Shown here: positions 53,825 to 64,000 of the stretch, piece by piece | Numbering within the stretch: position 1 is the first letter of the stretch | Layout: each line of letters begins with the position of its first letter | From: Auanema rhodensis | Taxonomy: Eukaryota; Animalia; Nematoda | NCBI GenBank assembly: GCA_964057225.1 | Contig: OZ059894.1 | Span: 5,518,001-5,582,000 of the forward strand | Reading direction: 5' to 3' | Length of the DNA: 64,000 bases | Notes under the pieces: generated by a model | What the model saw: the letters and a program-made list of their open reading frames with translations, nothing else | Told to the model about the DNA's origin: nothing | Databases searched by the model: none | Made by a program: the position numbers and the translations under genes

Positions 53825-55616
53825 TATTGAGCTGTTCCACAAAAATAGTACGTGAAAGCGCGAACATGAGATCCTTCAATAAAACAGTAGTAAATGTAAG
53901 AATCTTAACTTTTAAATATGAATTTTGTGTGATGTGAGCTATAGAGTATTAAAAGTGTTAGAAAACAACATTTTTCAAGAGAAGAATACTTGTGTTTATC
54001 ACATGTTAGAAGAATTTATCGATAATTGCAACAGATATTATCCTATTGCTGAATCTTGCCAACCTGCCTTCTTTTTTTTCATAGAAGTCAAATATACCAT
54101 AAAACATATTTTACACATGTTCATATATAATACACGTTCCATATATTTCAAACCAATGTTTCTGGTATCTTGTCTACCGCGTTTCCTGGCTAATCTGTAT
54201 CTACCCCCGTCTATTTCTATTTCATTCTCTCTGATCTATGCACCTGGCCTTGTATGAACGAGAGGCTCACCTCAATTTTATCTACATAATACATACACAG
54301 TCAAAACAACAGTCACACACGTGCCTGACTGCAATTAGTGATTCCAATTAGTGGAAAGGTCAAACAGCACTCAAGTGTTCTGCTTTCTACGGTTGAACCA
54401 TATAGATTCTTCAAATTGATATTCAATCTAATAGTGTAAACACTTGTCTCATAAATAAAATATTTATACTTTTTAACATTTACTAAGAAAAGGACCTTGG
54501 TCTGCAACGTGACCTTCAAGTAGGCAGAATGGTGTGTTGATTCAATCAATATGTCTCAGTCAGATCCTCTGAAGTTCAGTCTTACTTTTCTCGAGAATAC
54601 TCCAGGAAACTATACTTTTTTGATTGGTTTTTTTCATTTTGCTATGTTCGCATGTTCTCATGATCATTACACTTCTTCGACTACATTTGGATGTCACATC
54701 TTACTCTCGAAGAACTTAAAGAGAAAGTGAGAGAAAACGAAGAGGAAGGTACTAAGTGATGAAAGATCCTTTATCGTATTTAATTTATTGTCATCTTATC
54801 CTGATCAACGTAACTCGTCCTTATGGGTCCTGTTACACCACCGAATTGATGACATTTTAGCAATATTACACTTGGAAATCGAGTAAATAGGCTTCTATTG
54901 CTGTCATGAATGTAACAATCCACATTACTATGAGGTTAACTAACTATTTGAAAATTAAATATTTCATAGGCAGAGCTTATACAAATTCTTACAAAGTATA
55001 ATGCATATTTTTGTGTCAATTAAACTCTAAAAAACATTATATAATACTAGTGAAATCAATCGATTTTTAGCATCAGTATTGCCAACCGAATGATTTCACC
55101 TTGTAGTGGACCGACAAAGTATTTTCTTCCTTTTTTTGCATTTAATCAGCAAAATTTCACGACCTGCTTTTCAAATCCCATGGCGCAGTTGGTGCCGTGT
55201 GTCCATATATCCAATTTCACCCTTCTTTCTTTGTGTTCATATATCTCCTACACTTGGCCAGAATTATGTTTATTTCTCATCTTTTCACGAAATAACTTAA
55301 TTTTAATTTTTCGATTTTACATCAATATAACGTACACAAGCTGTGCGTACCTTATGTTTTATATTTTTCCTTTTCTCATCTTATCTCAATTTCATCGCTC
55401 CATTTCACTTTTGTTGTTATTTTACTCTATGCTAACCTGTGAGGAACACTAGTCACGTTTTGTATTATTTCTCAACAGCCCTAACAACTTTTCAGTCAAT
55501 TCTACTTGTTCACATTATGTAATTTTTTTTTGAAAATTTCGCTTTTCATCCTTTTCTCGCTTAGTTAGCATTATTCTTTTTGCGTTTAGGATGCATTTTT
55601 CCGATATTTTGGTGCA

Positions 55617-62264
<6,648 letters not shown>

Positions 62265-62906
62265 AAATAAACCTGCTCATTCTCAATTCGTAACTACAAG
62301 ATCTTCGAGTGAAGTTACTTTGGAGAAGTATTTTCTTAAAATTCACAATGCATATGAAAGGTATATTATCAATTCAAGCGTACTATAGTTAACAGTTAAT
62401 ATTTTTTATATATTATCTGAATTGTTAATGTTGAAGGCACTTCTCTCATACATCATTCGTTTTCTTGTGATGGAACCTCTCTACCTTTTTTTGTAGCTCC
62501 GTCATAGAACACAATTTTGTGAATAATATATTTAGTTAGCAAAACACCGAAAATAGCCTTAAGTAAGAGTTCAGCTATTTTTGCAATTATGTTTGCATTT
62601 TATTCTTTGCTTTTTGTTTTCTTTTTGTTTTTTTTTCTTCGGATGGCTATCTTATCTTTTCACCAAAAGAAGTGAACTGCTTAGTGAGCTTGGTTTTCAT
62701 ATATTTCCCACTAGTCCAGTAATCAGTATAGTGATTCATCGCTTTACTTATTGGTATTTAATTTGTCAGCGATTTGCGCCCAGTACTGTGATTGTTCTTC
62801 TTCTATAGCGTGTATACGTCATTCTATGAATTTATACCTTTCTAGCAATTAATTTAAATGTTTGTGCGATGCGATCATTTTTTTATTGTTTTTTTATATA
62901 TATTAG

Positions 62907-63974
62907 TTATACACGAATGTTTCCGATCAGAACATTGGGTTGTATTATCATAATAAGACCGCCCATTTCATTAAATTCTAGACAACTGTATGTTATCATT
63001 CCTATTATGGTTAGATATTCGCACAGGGCAAAAGTTTCATAACCTAAAATGGTGATATTAGGAGATATTGCAAGGAAATATTACCAAATGGGATACAGTA
63101 GAAGTCGTATAATATGAATGTTAGGAATAACATGAAGCCAATAATTGTGAGGAATATAACAATGTTTCTTCTTAAGTAATGCAAACTCTTAAATAGTTAT
63201 GGACTGTGAAAACAAATCGTCTCTATATAGGTATCAGAACAAACCCTTTCTGGATCTCTATCCATCCTCTTCATTGTTACCCAATGTGTTATTATATATG
63301 TATAGGTAAAGATTGCAAAAAGTATAAAAAAAAAAACATGAGCAGCTTAAAACAGTTTAGTTGGCTTATGTGATATAAATAATAAACCATACCACCACTT
63401 TCTCTTTCTCCAACAAGAGATAATAGTACGAGAAACAGTTGAGATAGACATCCATGAGTAACCATTACCTTTTTTATAAAATTCCATAAATTGTCTTCGT
63501 GTTGATTTGACGTACTAATCGACAGAATATCGGAAAATAAGGTTTTATTAATAAATATTGTTTGTAAGTTTGATTACAATTATTCCATACTATAAGCATT
63601 CGGATTGGTGTGCAGGATAATATAGCAACTTGAAAAACTATTCGTTCGATAGGTAAATTAATAACGCGAGAAACAGATGGCAGATATACGTTCTGCAATT
63701 AACAGATAATTTAAACGAGATATAAGAAAAGATTTGAAATCAATTTTTTTAATTTTTGACATATTTCTTACGTTAAATATAATTGGAATAAAAGTAGCTG
63801 ACTTACCCGACAATTCCATTTATAATCATAGAGAAAACTAGCGTGCTTACAATAGCCAATAATAAATGTAAGAATTAAAGGCAATATAAGTAAAGAATAG
63901 CTAAGAGCAGCAATATATTTTAATAAAAATACGCTTATAACGCTTTTTTCAAATGGTTTTCCAAATAAATACAT
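62907..63974 (-). CDS. Frag1/DRAM/Sfk1-family (PGAP2-like) membrane protein, about 6 exons
   Basis: Spliced translation ...YDYKWNCR/NVYLPSVSRVINLPIERIVFQ...LLSLVGERESG/AHVFFF...FYCIPF/GYETFALCEY...NIRV* has the family LPSVS and FA..EY motifs and several hydrophobic segments. Confidence 0.75.
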
Positions 63975-64000
63975 ATTAAACAGAGTATACTATTGAAATG

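Noticed and set aside
53925-55452. Short ORFs in the che-12/par-1 intergenic region
   Set aside because: Low-complexity AT-rich translations with no coherent exon chain or motif.

Overview
AT-rich eukaryotic genomic DNA, almost certainly from a rhabditid-type nematode (40-50 nt introns, TTTTCAG acceptors, nematode-type actin, par-1, che-12 with a DAF-19 X-box). The left 43.7 kb is a highly homogeneous 349/350-bp satellite array. It carries two apparently identical, intact 4,429-bp DIRS1-type tyrosine-recombinase retrotransposons (ITRs, internal complementary region, fused Gag-RT-RNaseH-methyltransferase ORF, overlapping YR ORF), both at the same AATT of the monomer. The right 18 kb is compact gene-dense DNA: actin, che-12/crescerin (duplicated 3' end, apparently no TOG4), par-1 and a PGAP2/Frag1-family gene. 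The ~1.3-kb junction holds a 160-bp exon+intron tandem repeat, a TATA/Inr promoter facing the satellite that predicts a spliced, probably non-coding RNA, and within that RNA a palindrome AT-NN-GGCTT-N4-AAGCC-NN-AT with a telomere-matching GGCTT on both strands. My leading but untested hypothesis is that this junction is a programmed DNA elimination break site and the satellite is a germline-limited block that shelters the DIRS element.
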